This document shows positions 52,193 through 62,070 of a DNA stretch of 64,000 bases, piece after piece. The position numbers and the translations under genes were made by a program. Source of the stretch: an uncultured Alphaproteobacteria bacterium (GTDB lineage Bacteria > Pseudomonadota > Alphaproteobacteria > HIMB59); the NCBI GenBank assembly GCA_902617485.1, contig CACMXD010000001.1, forward strand, positions 10,430 to 74,429, given 5' to 3'. The notes below the pieces were generated by a model that was not told the origin of the DNA, did no database searches, and was given only the letters and a program-made list of their open reading frames with translations. How positions within the stretch are numbered: position 1 is the stretch's first letter; the number at the start of each line of letters is the position of its first letter.

Positions 52193-52941
52193 TATTGGAG
52201 AACTTCATATTCTTTTAAATTAAGATTAGCTTTAAATTTTTTTGAATTAATTCTAAATTTAGCAGGAATTTTAATTATTTCTTTTTCAAATAAATAAACC
52301 GTTATAACTTCTAAATTATTTTTTTTATTCTCTTTATAAAGACCTTTAAAAAAAGGAAATACTAAATCTATAACTTCAGTGTTTCCATTGTATATTGAAG
52401 GATTATTAGATTTTAAGTTTTCTGTATTTCTTGTAATTGATGATAATTCATAAATGTTTATTCCATCAATAATTAACCTTTTTGAGTCTGTTTGGAAAAT
52501 AAAATATTGAACTAATTGTGATATCGGGTCAGTGAAAAATTGATAATCATTAATTAAAGTATTTTGCAAATTAATCTGATCACTTGAGAGTTCTTTTGAA
52601 ATTTCAATATTTGATATAGTACCATTCTTGTTAAAAATAATATTTTCAAATCTATCCTGTTTAGAGCTTTTTGTTTCACTTTTGTAAATCAAAGGATTGA
52701 AGCTATCATCTTTAATTTCTCCGCTGACTTTTGTAACAGACTCATACCCATATATTTTGTCAGTCATACCATAACTTTTAATTGTGAAATCAATTTCATA
52801 TAAATTATCTTCAATTTTTATTTTCCAGAATAAGTCTGCTAGGTGGATTGATTTCCAATCAATTTCATATTTTAGATTTATTACTTTAGAGTTTAGGTAA
52901 TATGGATATATTATAAAAAAAATTATGAAAAATATGCGCAT
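52192..52941 (-). CDS. DUF3108-like exported beta-rich protein
   Basis: Signal peptide, LKYEI.W, DPIS, IIDG..YEL. Confidence 0.55.
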   Translation of the reverse strand: MRIFFIIFFIIYPYYLNSKVINLKYEIDWKSIHLADLFWKIKIEDNLYEIDFTIKSYGMTDKIYGYESVTKVSGEIKDDSFNPLIYKSETKSSKQDRFENIIFNKNGTISNIEISKELSSDQINLQNTLINDYQFFTDPISQLVQYFIFQTDSKRLIIDGINIYELSSITRNTENLKSNNPSIYNGNTEVIDLVFPFFKGLYKENKKNNLEVITVYLFEKEIIKIPAKFRINSKKFKANLNLKEYEVLQ

Positions 52942-53965
52942 AAATAAAACATCGTATAAAAGTACTACTATCGATGATTATAATACTATAATTGACGTAA
53001 GAACCCCATTAGAGTTTGATGAAGACCATATCCCAAGATCAGTAAATTATCCTGTATTAACAAATAAACAACGTCATAAAATAGGATTGAAGTATAAAGA
53101 GAATTCTTTTTTAGCTAAAAAAGAAGGAGCTAGTATTATTAGTGCAAATATTTCCAAAATTATTAATAAAATAAAATTTGATAAAAAAAATAAAACATTA
53201 ATTTATTGTTGGAGAGGTGGTCTCAGATCACTTAGTTTATATTTAGTTCTTAAACAAATCGGTTACGACGTAACATTATTAGAGGGTGGATATAAGACTT
53301 ACAGAGGTTATATAGTAGATTTTTTTGAAAATAATACTGATAAATTTAAATTTAACCAAATTATGGGTGTAACGGGTGTAGGGAAAACACTTTTTATTAA
53401 AGAATTATCAAAAAAATATCAAGTGATCGATTTTGAAGGTTTGGCCAAACATAAAGGCTCTATTTTGGGAAATATACCCAATACTGTTCAGCCATCACAA
53501 AAATTATTTGAAACATTGATTTATGAAAAACTTCACTCTTTCAATTCAAGAAAAAATATATGGGTTGAAGCAGAAAGTATTAAAGTGGGAAAGTTAAGTA
53601 TTCCAAGTAAAATCTGGAAAAATATGCCTTTGGGTAAAAATGTAAAAATAAAGAGTAATTTAACAGAGAGGGTAAAATTCATTTTAAAAGATTACAAATA
53701 TTTTACTAATTCACCAGATTTAATGAAAAATGCACTTATTGTATTAAAAAAAATTATTCCAAAAGAGGAATTTAAACTTATTGAAGTAAATTTAAAAAAA
53801 AAGGAGTATTTTCAGTTTGTGAAATCATTAATTGAGTATCATTACGATAGAGCTTATAAAAAGACTCGAGCTGAAAATGACAGTAATATTTATAAAGAGA
53901 TATATTTAAATAAAATCAACTTAATAAATATTAAAAGAATTATTAAAGAGAGTAATTATTTTTAA
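52925..53965 (+). CDS. selU: tRNA 2-selenouridine synthase
   Basis: Rhodanese IDVRTPLEFDEDHIP, YCWRGGLRS, GGYKTYR; P-loop GVTGVGKT; DFEGLAKHKGS, QPSQK.FE. Confidence 0.92.
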   Translation: MKNMRINKTSYKSTTIDDYNTIIDVRTPLEFDEDHIPRSVNYPVLTNKQRHKIGLKYKENSFLAKKEGASIISANISKIINKIKFDKKNKTLIYCWRGGLRSLSLYLVLKQIGYDVTLLEGGYKTYRGYIVDFFENNTDKFKFNQIMGVTGVGKTLFIKELSKKYQVIDFEGLAKHKGSILGNIPNTVQPSQKLFETLIYEKLHSFNSRKNIWVEAESIKVGKLSIPSKIWKNMPLGKNVKIKSNLTERVKFILKDYKYFTNSPDLMKNALIVLKKIIPKEEFKLIEVNLKKKEYFQFVKSLIEYHYDRAYKKTRAENDSNIYKEIYLNKINLINIKRIIKESNYF

Positions 53966-54887
53966 AATGGTCAAATTTTTTTATTTTTCCAAGATTAAAA
54001 TTTTTTAGATTTACACCCTTTCCTTTTTCTACACTTCCAATACATATAATTCTAATACCCCTTTTAATCAAAAGTTTTTTTTTATTTAAATATAATAAGT
54101 TTTTAGGTGAGGTAAAAACCGGAACATACTCCTCCCCACTGGATAAAATAAGAGTAATATATTTTTCTTCTTCAAAAAACTTATAGAGCTTAGAATTAAT
54201 AGAGGTGAGATTATTTAATTTAATTTTTTTTTTGGATTTCAACGAAATAGTTTCTAAAGTTGATAAAAGACTATCTGATAAATCCATACAACTTGAAATA
54301 TTTAGATTCCTAAATATATCTTGATAAATATATATTTTAGGTTTTAAAAATTGTTTTACTGATAAATTTTTTAAATTATTAGGTAATTTAAACTTACTAT
54401 ATAAACTTAGGTATCCAAGTTTTGAATATCCAATACCCGAAAATGTGTAAATTTTATCATCAACCTTAGCATTAGATCTCTTTGTTATTTTATTATTATT
54501 AATTTTATCGCTAATAATTGTTAAAGATAAAAATATTTTTTCAGAAGAAGTAGTATCCCCGCCTATTATCTCAATCTTGTTTCTTAGGCATATTCTATGA
54601 AAATTAGTTATTATTTGTTGCACAAACTTATAGTTTTTATTTGGGAAACTAATATTTAGTATAACATATTTAGGTACGCCACCTGAGGATTGAATATCAC
54701 TATAATTTGAAAGAAAAAGTCTGTGTGCTATGTTTTGAGGTGTAAAATGCTTTAGATCAAAATGCTTATTTTCAACTAAAGTATCAGAAGAGATTAATTG
54801 TTTTGTTGTGTTTATATAAGCACAATCATCACCTATTTTCTTATAATTCTTTTCAAAATAATTAATAATTTTTTGCTCATATGACAT
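53943..54887 (-). CDS. thiL: Thiamine-phosphate kinase
   Basis: IGDDCA, DTLVENKHF, NYSDI, GGDTT, MDLSDSL, GEEY. Confidence 0.85.
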   Translation of the reverse strand: MSYEQKIINYFEKNYKKIGDDCAYINTTKQLISSDTLVENKHFDLKHFTPQNIAHRLFLSNYSDIQSSGGVPKYVILNISFPNKNYKFVQQIITNFHRICLRNKIEIIGGDTTSSEKIFLSLTIISDKINNNKITKRSNAKVDDKIYTFSGIGYSKLGYLSLYSKFKLPNNLKNLSVKQFLKPKIYIYQDIFRNLNISSCMDLSDSLLSTLETISLKSKKKIKLNNLTSINSKLYKFFEEEKYITLILSSGEEYVPVFTSPKNLLYLNKKKLLIKRGIRIICIGSVEKGKGVNLKNFNLGKIKKFDHFKNNYSL

Positions 54888-54928
54888 TAATTAAATATAA
54901 TTGAATATGAATTCAAAAACAGAGATAT

Positions 54929-56116
54929 TTAATTAATTTTTTTTCTTACCAAAGGAAATGAGTCTCTTTTTTTAGTTAAAACTAGTTGGAAAATCACATT
55001 ATCACCTTTAGTAAAAGATAATTCACTTAAATTTAAATAAGCTTCCCACATTCTTATAAATCTATCATCATATAATTTAAGAACTTCTTTCTCTTCTTTT
55101 TTAAAATTTTTAAACCAATGAGAAAGTGTTTTAGCATAATGTAATCTAAGAACTTCTATATCTGAAATTATAAGACCAGATTTTTCTACAGCTGGCATTA
55201 CCTCAGACAAAGATGGTATATATCCACCAGGAAAAATATATTTTCTAATAAATGCAGGAGTCATTTTCGGAACTCTAATGTTACCAATTGTATGTACTAC
55301 CGCTATGCCATCTTCAGATAATAAATTATATATTTTTTTAAAATAGGTTTTATAGAAGGGTTTTCCTACATGCTCAAACATTCCAACAGAAACTATTTTT
55401 GAATAAGAATTCTCTTCATCTCTATAATCTTGTAAAGAATAGGATAAATTTTCTTTTTTATCTGACTTTTTAAGTTGGTCATTACAGTATTTAATTTGCT
55501 CTTCAGATAATGAAACACCCTTTACTTTACAATCATGATGATCTGCAAAGTGTCTACTAAGTGATCCCCACCCACACCCTATGTCTAAAACTCTATCATT
55601 GGAATTTAATAATAATTTGTCAGCTAATCTGCTCATTTTGTTAGTTTGTGCTTTTGTTAATGAGTCGTTTTCATTTTCAAAGTATGCGCATGAATATTGC
55701 CTAGTTTCATCCAAAAATAAGTCATACAACCTATCAGATAAGTCATAGTGACTTGCGACATTACTTTTTGAACTCTTAACGAAATTTAACTGAAATAGTG
55801 GATTAATCATTAAAATAATTCTGAATATTAGGGTATTTGATATTTTTTCAAGGTATTTATTATAATTTTCAATAAGTAATTCAGAAAACTCATAAAAAGT
55901 CGAATTGTTTAACTCGTAGTCTTTATCCATATATCCTTCTGTGAGCACTAGAGAAGGTGCATAAAAAATTTTATTTAAAAATTTCTTATTATTGATCTGT
56001 AAAATTAATGGATCTGTGCCGTTGTCAATAAGATGTTCATTTCCCTCAAAAATTATAATAACAGATCTTGTTTTAATTAAATGTTTAATTAAAAATTTGA
56101 GTACCCTAAAAGACAT
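54929..56116 (-). CDS. cfa: Cyclopropane-fatty-acyl-phospholipid synthase family methyltransferase
   Basis: HYDLS, QYSCAYF, LDIGCGWG, VSVGMFEHVG, KYIFPGG, HYAKTL. Confidence 0.88.
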   Translation of the reverse strand: MSFRVLKFLIKHLIKTRSVIIIFEGNEHLIDNGTDPLILQINNKKFLNKIFYAPSLVLTEGYMDKDYELNNSTFYEFSELLIENYNKYLEKISNTLIFRIILMINPLFQLNFVKSSKSNVASHYDLSDRLYDLFLDETRQYSCAYFENENDSLTKAQTNKMSRLADKLLLNSNDRVLDIGCGWGSLSRHFADHHDCKVKGVSLSEEQIKYCNDQLKKSDKKENLSYSLQDYRDEENSYSKIVSVGMFEHVGKPFYKTYFKKIYNLLSEDGIAVVHTIGNIRVPKMTPAFIRKYIFPGGYIPSLSEVMPAVEKSGLIISDIEVLRLHYAKTLSHWFKNFKKEEKEVLKLYDDRFIRMWEAYLNLSELSFTKGDNVIFQLVLTKKRDSFPLVRKKIN

Positions 56117-56241
56117 AATATTCTTATAAATATCTATATATACAAAATTTATAAAATTTTATCATATATTGATTGATAAAATGAATTAAAATATCAATTA
56201 AATAGTTGAACTTTTGATATAAAGCTAACGTAATACAAAAT

Positions 56242-56973
56242 ATGCATACCAAAGAAAAAATTGAATATATATCAAATTGGATAAAAGATTATGCACATTC
56301 AAATAATGTTGATGCGTTAGTTATTGGTATTTCAGGAGGCATTGACTCTGCTGTTACAAGTACGTTGTCAGCAAAAACAGGCTTGAGAACGTTTGTTGCG
56401 AACATGCCAATACTTGATCACAAAACAACTAATGAAAGAGGTATAAATCACATAGACTGGTTAAAAAAGAATTTTGGTAATGTAACAGACTTTAAAATAG
56501 ATCTCTCTCTTGTATTTGAAAGTTTTAAATCAGCTCTTGATAAAAATGACTCAGAACATGGTTATGCAAATTCACAGGCTCGATTAAGGATGATGACTTT
56601 GTATCAAATAGCAGCTAGCAATAACGGAATCGTTGTTGGCACAGGAAATAAAGTTGAAGACTTTGGAATAGGTTTCTATACAAAATACGGTGATGGTGGA
56701 GTTGATATTTCTCCTATCGCAGATTGTCTCAAAACAGAAGTATGGGATATGGGGAAGGAATTAAATATAAATAAAGACATAATAGATGCAGCCCCAACAG
56801 ATGGTTTATGGACTGATGGAAGATCTGATGAAGATCAAGTTGGTTTAAGTTACTCTGAAATTGAAGAGGCAATGCTTAATGAGGAATCATCAAATAGACA
56901 AAAGTATCTTGAGATTAGAAAAAATAATATTCATAAAATGAACCCTATCCCTGTTTGTATTCTACCAAAATAA
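56242..56973 (+). CDS. nadE: NH3-dependent NAD+ synthetase
   Basis: GISGGIDS, ARLRM, GTGNKVE, FYTKYGDGG, PTDGLW; no glutaminase domain. Confidence 0.93.
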   Translation: MHTKEKIEYISNWIKDYAHSNNVDALVIGISGGIDSAVTSTLSAKTGLRTFVANMPILDHKTTNERGINHIDWLKKNFGNVTDFKIDLSLVFESFKSALDKNDSEHGYANSQARLRMMTLYQIAASNNGIVVGTGNKVEDFGIGFYTKYGDGGVDISPIADCLKTEVWDMGKELNINKDIIDAAPTDGLWTDGRSDEDQVGLSYSEIEEAMLNEESSNRQKYLEIRKNNIHKMNPIPVCILPK

Positions 56974-56985
56974 ACTTTGTAAAAC

Positions 56986-58032
56986 TTATACTCTTGAACC
57001 AGTAGTGTTATCAAAAAGGTGCACTGATGTACTAGATATATCAAATTTAAATGTATCTCCTGCATTTAGATTTATATTCGAAGACAATTTACAACTAAAC
57101 TCTTGATCACCAATTTTTGAATAAATGATCATATCTGAACCTAAATATTCCACTAAATTTGCTACACAAGAATGCTTTCCATTATCTGATATTAGGATAT
57201 CGTCTGGCCTTATACCTAAAGTAGCGTCATCTATGTTTGTAGAATTATTAAGGTTAATTTTCATATCAGCTATATGAGCTATGCCATTTTCAATTTTGCA
57301 ATTAAATAAATTCATCTGTGGGGATCCTATAAATTCAGCAACAAATTTAGTATTTGGTTTAGAATATATCTCTTTAGGTGTACCAACTTGTTCAACAACA
57401 CCATTGTTAATTACTACTATCCTATCCCCTAGTGTCATCGCTTCTGTTTGATCATGGGTAACAAAAATACTTGTTACGCCCATTTGTCTTTGAAGACGTT
57501 TGATTTCTAAACGCATTTGATTTCTTAATTTTGCATCTAAGTTAGATAATGGCTCATCAAATAAAAATATTTTTGGATTTCTAACTATGGCTCTTCCCAT
57601 TGCAACTCGTTGCCTTTGCCCTCCTGAAAGCATACTTGGTTTTCTTGTGAGTAATTGATCTATTTCTAAGAGTTTAGCTACATCATTAACTTTGTTATTG
57701 ATCTCTTCTTTAGATATTCCTCTATTTTTAAGACCATAAGCCATATTATTAAATACTGACATGTGAGGATAAAGTGCATAATTTTGAAAAACCATTGCTA
57801 CATCTCTTTCAGATGGATCAATTTTATTAATAATATTTCCATCTAGAGATATTTCTCCATTTGTAATATCCTCCAGACCTGCAATCATTCTTAATAATGT
57901 TGATTTGCCACATCCACTAGGTCCAACAAATACAACAAATTCTCCATTTTCAATATTTAAAGAAGTCTCATTAACAGCTTTAGTGCCATTAGGATATATT
58001 TTAGTAATATTTTGTAATTCTAAAAAACTCAT
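56986..58032 (-). CDS. ugpC: CUT1 ABC transporter ATPase (UgpC-like)
   Basis: GPSGCGKST, FQNYALYPHM, LSGGQRQRVAMGRA, DEPLSNLDAKLR, TOBE domain. Confidence 0.9.
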   Translation of the reverse strand: MSFLELQNITKIYPNGTKAVNETSLNIENGEFVVFVGPSGCGKSTLLRMIAGLEDITNGEISLDGNIINKIDPSERDVAMVFQNYALYPHMSVFNNMAYGLKNRGISKEEINNKVNDVAKLLEIDQLLTRKPSMLSGGQRQRVAMGRAIVRNPKIFLFDEPLSNLDAKLRNQMRLEIKRLQRQMGVTSIFVTHDQTEAMTLGDRIVVINNGVVEQVGTPKEIYSKPNTKFVAEFIGSPQMNLFNCKIENGIAHIADMKINLNNSTNIDDATLGIRPDDILISDNGKHSCVANLVEYLGSDMIIYSKIGDQEFSCKLSSNINLNAGDTFKFDISSTSVHLFDNTTGSRV

Positions 58033-58034
58033 TT

Positions 58035-58886
58035 TTATTTTTCTGTTTGAATCAATCCTTTGATAAACCATCTTTGAAGAATTACAACAACTAACACAGG
58101 TGGTAGCATTGATAATATAATATAAGCAAATCTTTCACCTGTTCTAGGTAAAGCAACACCCTCATAATTTTCTGTAAAAATTATCTTCATTCCCATCACT
58201 ACTGTCCAATATTTTTCGTCAGTAGTCATTATTAAAGGCCATAAATATTGGCTATATCCATAGACAAACATAAAAATAAACATAGCCGCTAACATTGTTT
58301 TTGATAGAGGCAATAAGAAGTCAATAAAAAATCTCCAACTATTTGCACCATCTAATTTTGCAGACTCTAACAATTCATCAGGGATTGTTTTATAAAATTG
58401 TCTAAAGAAAAATGTTGCAGTAGCAGAAGCAACTAGTGGGAGTATAAGTCCTGTATATGTATTTGTAAGACCAAGATCTGATACAATTTTATAACTTGGA
58501 AAAATTCTTACTTCTAGTGGAACTAAAAGAGTAATAAAAATTAGCCAAAATATTGGAACAGCTAATTTAAATCTAAAATAAACTAATGCGTAAGCTGACA
58601 TAGCTGAGATGACAACTTTCAACGTTGCGATACCAAGAGCCATAATAAAACTATTTACAAACATTCTTGCTGCAGTAACTTCCTCAGACCAACCCCCTTT
58701 TTCATTCAAAACTTCATTGTAATTTTGAGAAAAACTCTCACCTAAAAAAAATTTCATTCCCTCAGTCATTATTGAAACATTATCATGAGTTGAAGTGGCA
58801 AAAGAAAACCAAATTGGTAATACCATTAATAAAACGCCAAGTATGAGAATAATGTGTGTTAGTATTTCTAATGGTTTGAATTTCAT
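58035..58886 (-). CDS. ugpE: ABC permease, UgpE-like (copy 2)
   Basis: ITLLVPLEVRIFP, ASATATFFFRQF, IPDELLESAKLDGA, QYLWPL. Confidence 0.85.
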   Translation of the reverse strand: MKFKPLEILTHIILILGVLLMVLPIWFSFATSTHDNVSIMTEGMKFFLGESFSQNYNEVLNEKGGWSEEVTAARMFVNSFIMALGIATLKVVISAMSAYALVYFRFKLAVPIFWLIFITLLVPLEVRIFPSYKIVSDLGLTNTYTGLILPLVASATATFFFRQFYKTIPDELLESAKLDGANSWRFFIDFLLPLSKTMLAAMFIFMFVYGYSQYLWPLIMTTDEKYWTVVMGMKIIFTENYEGVALPRTGERFAYIILSMLPPVLVVVILQRWFIKGLIQTEK

Positions 58887-59704
58887 TTTTTTTGAAATAT
58901 TCCTTGAATAAATAATTTTTGTAGAAAAATAATTATAATTACTGGTGGGATCATTGACATAATTACAAAAGCAAAGCGGTCAGAAATAGATCCGTACATT
59001 GTCTTAAGACCCATTACAACCGTCCAATATTGTTCACTAGTAGTCATTATTAATGGCCAAAGGTATTGATTATAGCCAAATACGAACATAAATATAAAAA
59101 CAGCAGCAATCATCGTTTTAGATAAAGGAATTAAAAAATCTATAAAAAATCTAAAACTATTAGTTCCATCTAATTTAGCCGCTTCTAATAATTCATCAGG
59201 AATTGATTTATAAAATTGTCTAAAAAAGAAGGTTGCTATTGCAGAGGCAGAGATAGGTAGAATTAAGCCAGCAAATGTATTTACAAGATTTAATTTTGAC
59301 ATAACTATGTATGAGGGCATTATTCTAAGCTCCAAAGGAACTAATAAAGTAATAAAAATTAACCAAAATATAACAGTTGCATATTTGACTTTAAAATAAA
59401 CTAAACCGTATGCGGCCATAAGTGATGTAATTACAGATAAAGTCGCTATACCTATTGCCATAACAAAACTATTAAAAAACATTTTAAGAGCTGTTATTTC
59501 ATTAAAAAATCCAGATTGTTTAAATAAAACCCTAGAGTAATTATCAATAAAATTATCTCCTAAAAAAAATTGTAAACCGTTGGTATTTATAAAAAGGCTT
59601 GAATGTGTTGAGCTTGCAAAAATTATCCATATTGGAACAAACATAATAAGTAAACCGGTTAAAAGAATAAAATGATTAATAGTTGAAGATATATATTTAG
59701 TCAT
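58883..59704 (-). CDS. ugpE: ABC permease, UgpE-like (copy 1)
   Basis: ITLLVPLELRIMP, ATFFFRQF, IPDELLEAAKLDG, NQYLWPL. Confidence 0.85.
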   Translation of the reverse strand: MTKYISSTINHFILLTGLLIMFVPIWIIFASSTHSSLFINTNGLQFFLGDNFIDNYSRVLFKQSGFFNEITALKMFFNSFVMAIGIATLSVITSLMAAYGLVYFKVKYATVIFWLIFITLLVPLELRIMPSYIVMSKLNLVNTFAGLILPISASAIATFFFRQFYKSIPDELLEAAKLDGTNSFRFFIDFLIPLSKTMIAAVFIFMFVFGYNQYLWPLIMTTSEQYWTVVMGLKTMYGSISDRFAFVIMSMIPPVIIIIFLQKLFIQGIFQKK

Positions 59705-60582
59705 TAATTGTAGTGAATTTTACCCTCTATGTATCTGAATTGAAAAATTGTAATAACAAGAACTATTATCATCATCATGATTGATTGGGCACCAGCACTT
59801 CCAAGATCTAAACCTTTGAAGCCATCAATGTAGGCTTTATAAACAAGAGTTTTAGTTTCGCTACCAGGAGCTCCAATAGTAGTTGTATCTATAATTCCAA
59901 ATGTATCAAAGAAAGCATATGTTATATTAATAATAATTAAGAAAAAAGTAGTCGGCATTAATAAAGGAAAAGTAATTGTCCAAAATCTTCGAATGTTGCT
60001 TTTACAATCAATAATAGAAGCTTCAATGACTGTTTTTTGAATAGCCTGAAGTCCTGCTAAAAAGAAAATAAAATTTGCACTTATTTGTTTCCAGGAACCA
60101 GCAATAATTACATAAATATATGCATCAAATACATTTTCATACCAATTAAACCCCCATAAATTATTAAATAAATGATGAAGTAAACCATATCTTTCACTGA
60201 AGAAATAATTAGCCATAACACCAACAACAGCTGGTGCAATAGCATAAGGCCAAATTAAAAGTGTTTTATAAGCACTTTTCCCATGCATTACTTTATTAGC
60301 TTGCACAGCAAGTAATAAACCAATTGAACCTGTAATGAGAGTAATTACGAAACTATAGATAATTGTAAACTTGAAAGCAGTGAAATAAGAGGGATCAGAA
60401 AAAATAAATAAAAAATTATCAAAACCAGCAAACTGAGATCCAAATCCAAATGCATCTTGCATAGTAAAGGCATCTTTAAACGTTTGAATAATTGGCCAAT
60501 ATAAAAAAATTAATAATATTAATAGCTGAGGAGCTAAGAAAAAATATTGAGAATAATTAGATTTAAATTGAACTTTTTTCAT
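59704..60582 (-). CDS. ugpA: ABC permease, UgpA-like
   Basis: LAPQL, LIWPYAIAPA, WKQISANFIFFLAGLQ, FFDTFG, TLVYK. Confidence 0.88.
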   Translation of the reverse strand: MKKVQFKSNYSQYFFLAPQLLILLIFLYWPIIQTFKDAFTMQDAFGFGSQFAGFDNFLFIFSDPSYFTAFKFTIIYSFVITLITGSIGLLLAVQANKVMHGKSAYKTLLIWPYAIAPAVVGVMANYFFSERYGLLHHLFNNLWGFNWYENVFDAYIYVIIAGSWKQISANFIFFLAGLQAIQKTVIEASIIDCKSNIRRFWTITFPLLMPTTFFLIIINITYAFFDTFGIIDTTTIGAPGSETKTLVYKAYIDGFKGLDLGSAGAQSIMMMIIVLVITIFQFRYIEGKIHYN

Positions 60583-60586
60583 TAAG

Positions 60587-60621
60587 TTAAAAGGAGGATA
60601 TTATAAATACCCTCCTTTTAA
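60587..60621 (-). terminator. Intra-operon stem-loop/terminator between ugpB and ugpA
   Basis: Minus strand ttaaaaggagggta-tttataa-tatcctccttttaa, 14-bp stem with one G.U pair. Confidence 0.75.
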
Positions 60622-60632
60622 AATAATATAAA

Positions 60633-61940
60633 TTATAGAGTTTTAGCAAACTGTTTTAATAGTTTTGCTGCACCCTTATCCATATTGCTTAGAGCTTTTT
60701 CAACAGTGATATCACCATTAAGCATTGGCTCTACATTTTCGTATATTACTTCACGAATTTGAGGCCAGTTACCTGCTCTATATCCACCAGGGATAGTTGA
60801 ACCTTCAAGACCTAATTGATCACCAACAGCTTTATGATAAGGAGAAGCTCTATAAAAATTGATGGTTTCAGCTAATTCGATACCACCTTTTGTTACAGCA
60901 GCATAACCTGTCATGTTATGGTAGTATAAATCCATTTCTGGTGAACCCATAAATTCAATAAATTTTGCAAGTCCTTTATACTCTTCTTCTGTATGACCGT
61001 TTAAAATCCAATTAGCAGCACCACCAATAAATGTTGGATACTCTTTTCCGTCTGTTACTGAATCCCAATATGGTATTGGGTTAGTTGTAAAGTTTGGAAG
61101 TACACCTTTCATACCTCCAAAAGACGCAGCAGAACCAAACCAAAATGCAGCCTCGCCGTTAGTGAAAGGTGCTTGGTTATCTCCCCATGCTCTTCCCTTG
61201 TAGCCATACCAACCCTTTTCATACCATTCTTTAACTTTAGTCCAGTGATAAACAAAAGCTTCTGTTTCAGCAAAAAGTGTTTTCGTTGGAACCGCATCAT
61301 AGCCATTATTGCCATCTGTCATCAATAAATTATGCCTTGAGAAGAAATTTTCAGTCCAAATCCAAGGACTGTGACTTTGAAGAAGAGGAATATATCCGGC
61401 ATCGAGTATCTTTTGAGCCATACCTTCAAATTCTTCGTAGGTTTTTGGAACCTCTTCAATACCAACTTCGTTTAAGATATCCATATTGGCATACATGAGA
61501 CATGTAGAACTATTAAATGGAACACCGATCATTTTTCCATCACCATCAGCATAAAAGTTTTTTATACCAGGTATGTAATTATCTGCGTCAACATCAAGAC
61601 CATATTTTTCAGCCATCTCTTCAAAGCCGATCACAACTCCATTTTTAACTTGTGCTACCATGATAGCTGCACCTGCATCATAGACTTGTGAATAATGAGG
61701 TTGATCACCTGCTCTAAAAGCAGCTATTGTAGCTGCCATATTGTCCTCATAGCTTCCTTTACCTGTAGGGATAACCATATACTCATCTTGTGACTCGTTA
61801 AATCGATTAGCTATTTCTATGATTACATCACCTAAAAAACCACTGTTACCATACCACCAATGAATTTCGGTTTTACTATAACTGTTTGAAGTGAATGCAA
61901 AAGAAACTAAAAGTACAAAGATACTAATTAGTTTTTTCAT
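60633..61940 (-). CDS. ugpB: ABC substrate-binding protein, UgpB-like
   Basis: Signal peptide, AAFRAG, QVYDAG, PFNSST, ENFFSRHN, IGGA; ggagg SD. Confidence 0.82.
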   Translation of the reverse strand: MKKLISIFVLLVSFAFTSNSYSKTEIHWWYGNSGFLGDVIIEIANRFNESQDEYMVIPTGKGSYEDNMAATIAAFRAGDQPHYSQVYDAGAAIMVAQVKNGVVIGFEEMAEKYGLDVDADNYIPGIKNFYADGDGKMIGVPFNSSTCLMYANMDILNEVGIEEVPKTYEEFEGMAQKILDAGYIPLLQSHSPWIWTENFFSRHNLLMTDGNNGYDAVPTKTLFAETEAFVYHWTKVKEWYEKGWYGYKGRAWGDNQAPFTNGEAAFWFGSAASFGGMKGVLPNFTTNPIPYWDSVTDGKEYPTFIGGAANWILNGHTEEEYKGLAKFIEFMGSPEMDLYYHNMTGYAAVTKGGIELAETINFYRASPYHKAVGDQLGLEGSTIPGGYRAGNWPQIREVIYENVEPMLNGDITVEKALSNMDKGAAKLLKQFAKTL

Positions 61941-62070
61941 TATGTCCTCCTATTTGAACGTTCCTATTTGCCATTATATAGTTCTTTATAAAGCACAGGA
62001 ATAATTTGATTGTAAATAACTTAATAAAAAAATATTAAATATTTATGAAATTTTAGGATTAAGCTTTGAT

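Noticed and set aside
53943-54887. selD next to selU
   Set aside because: Motifs are ThiL-type; no N-terminal Cys/Sec-x-x-Lys of SelD.
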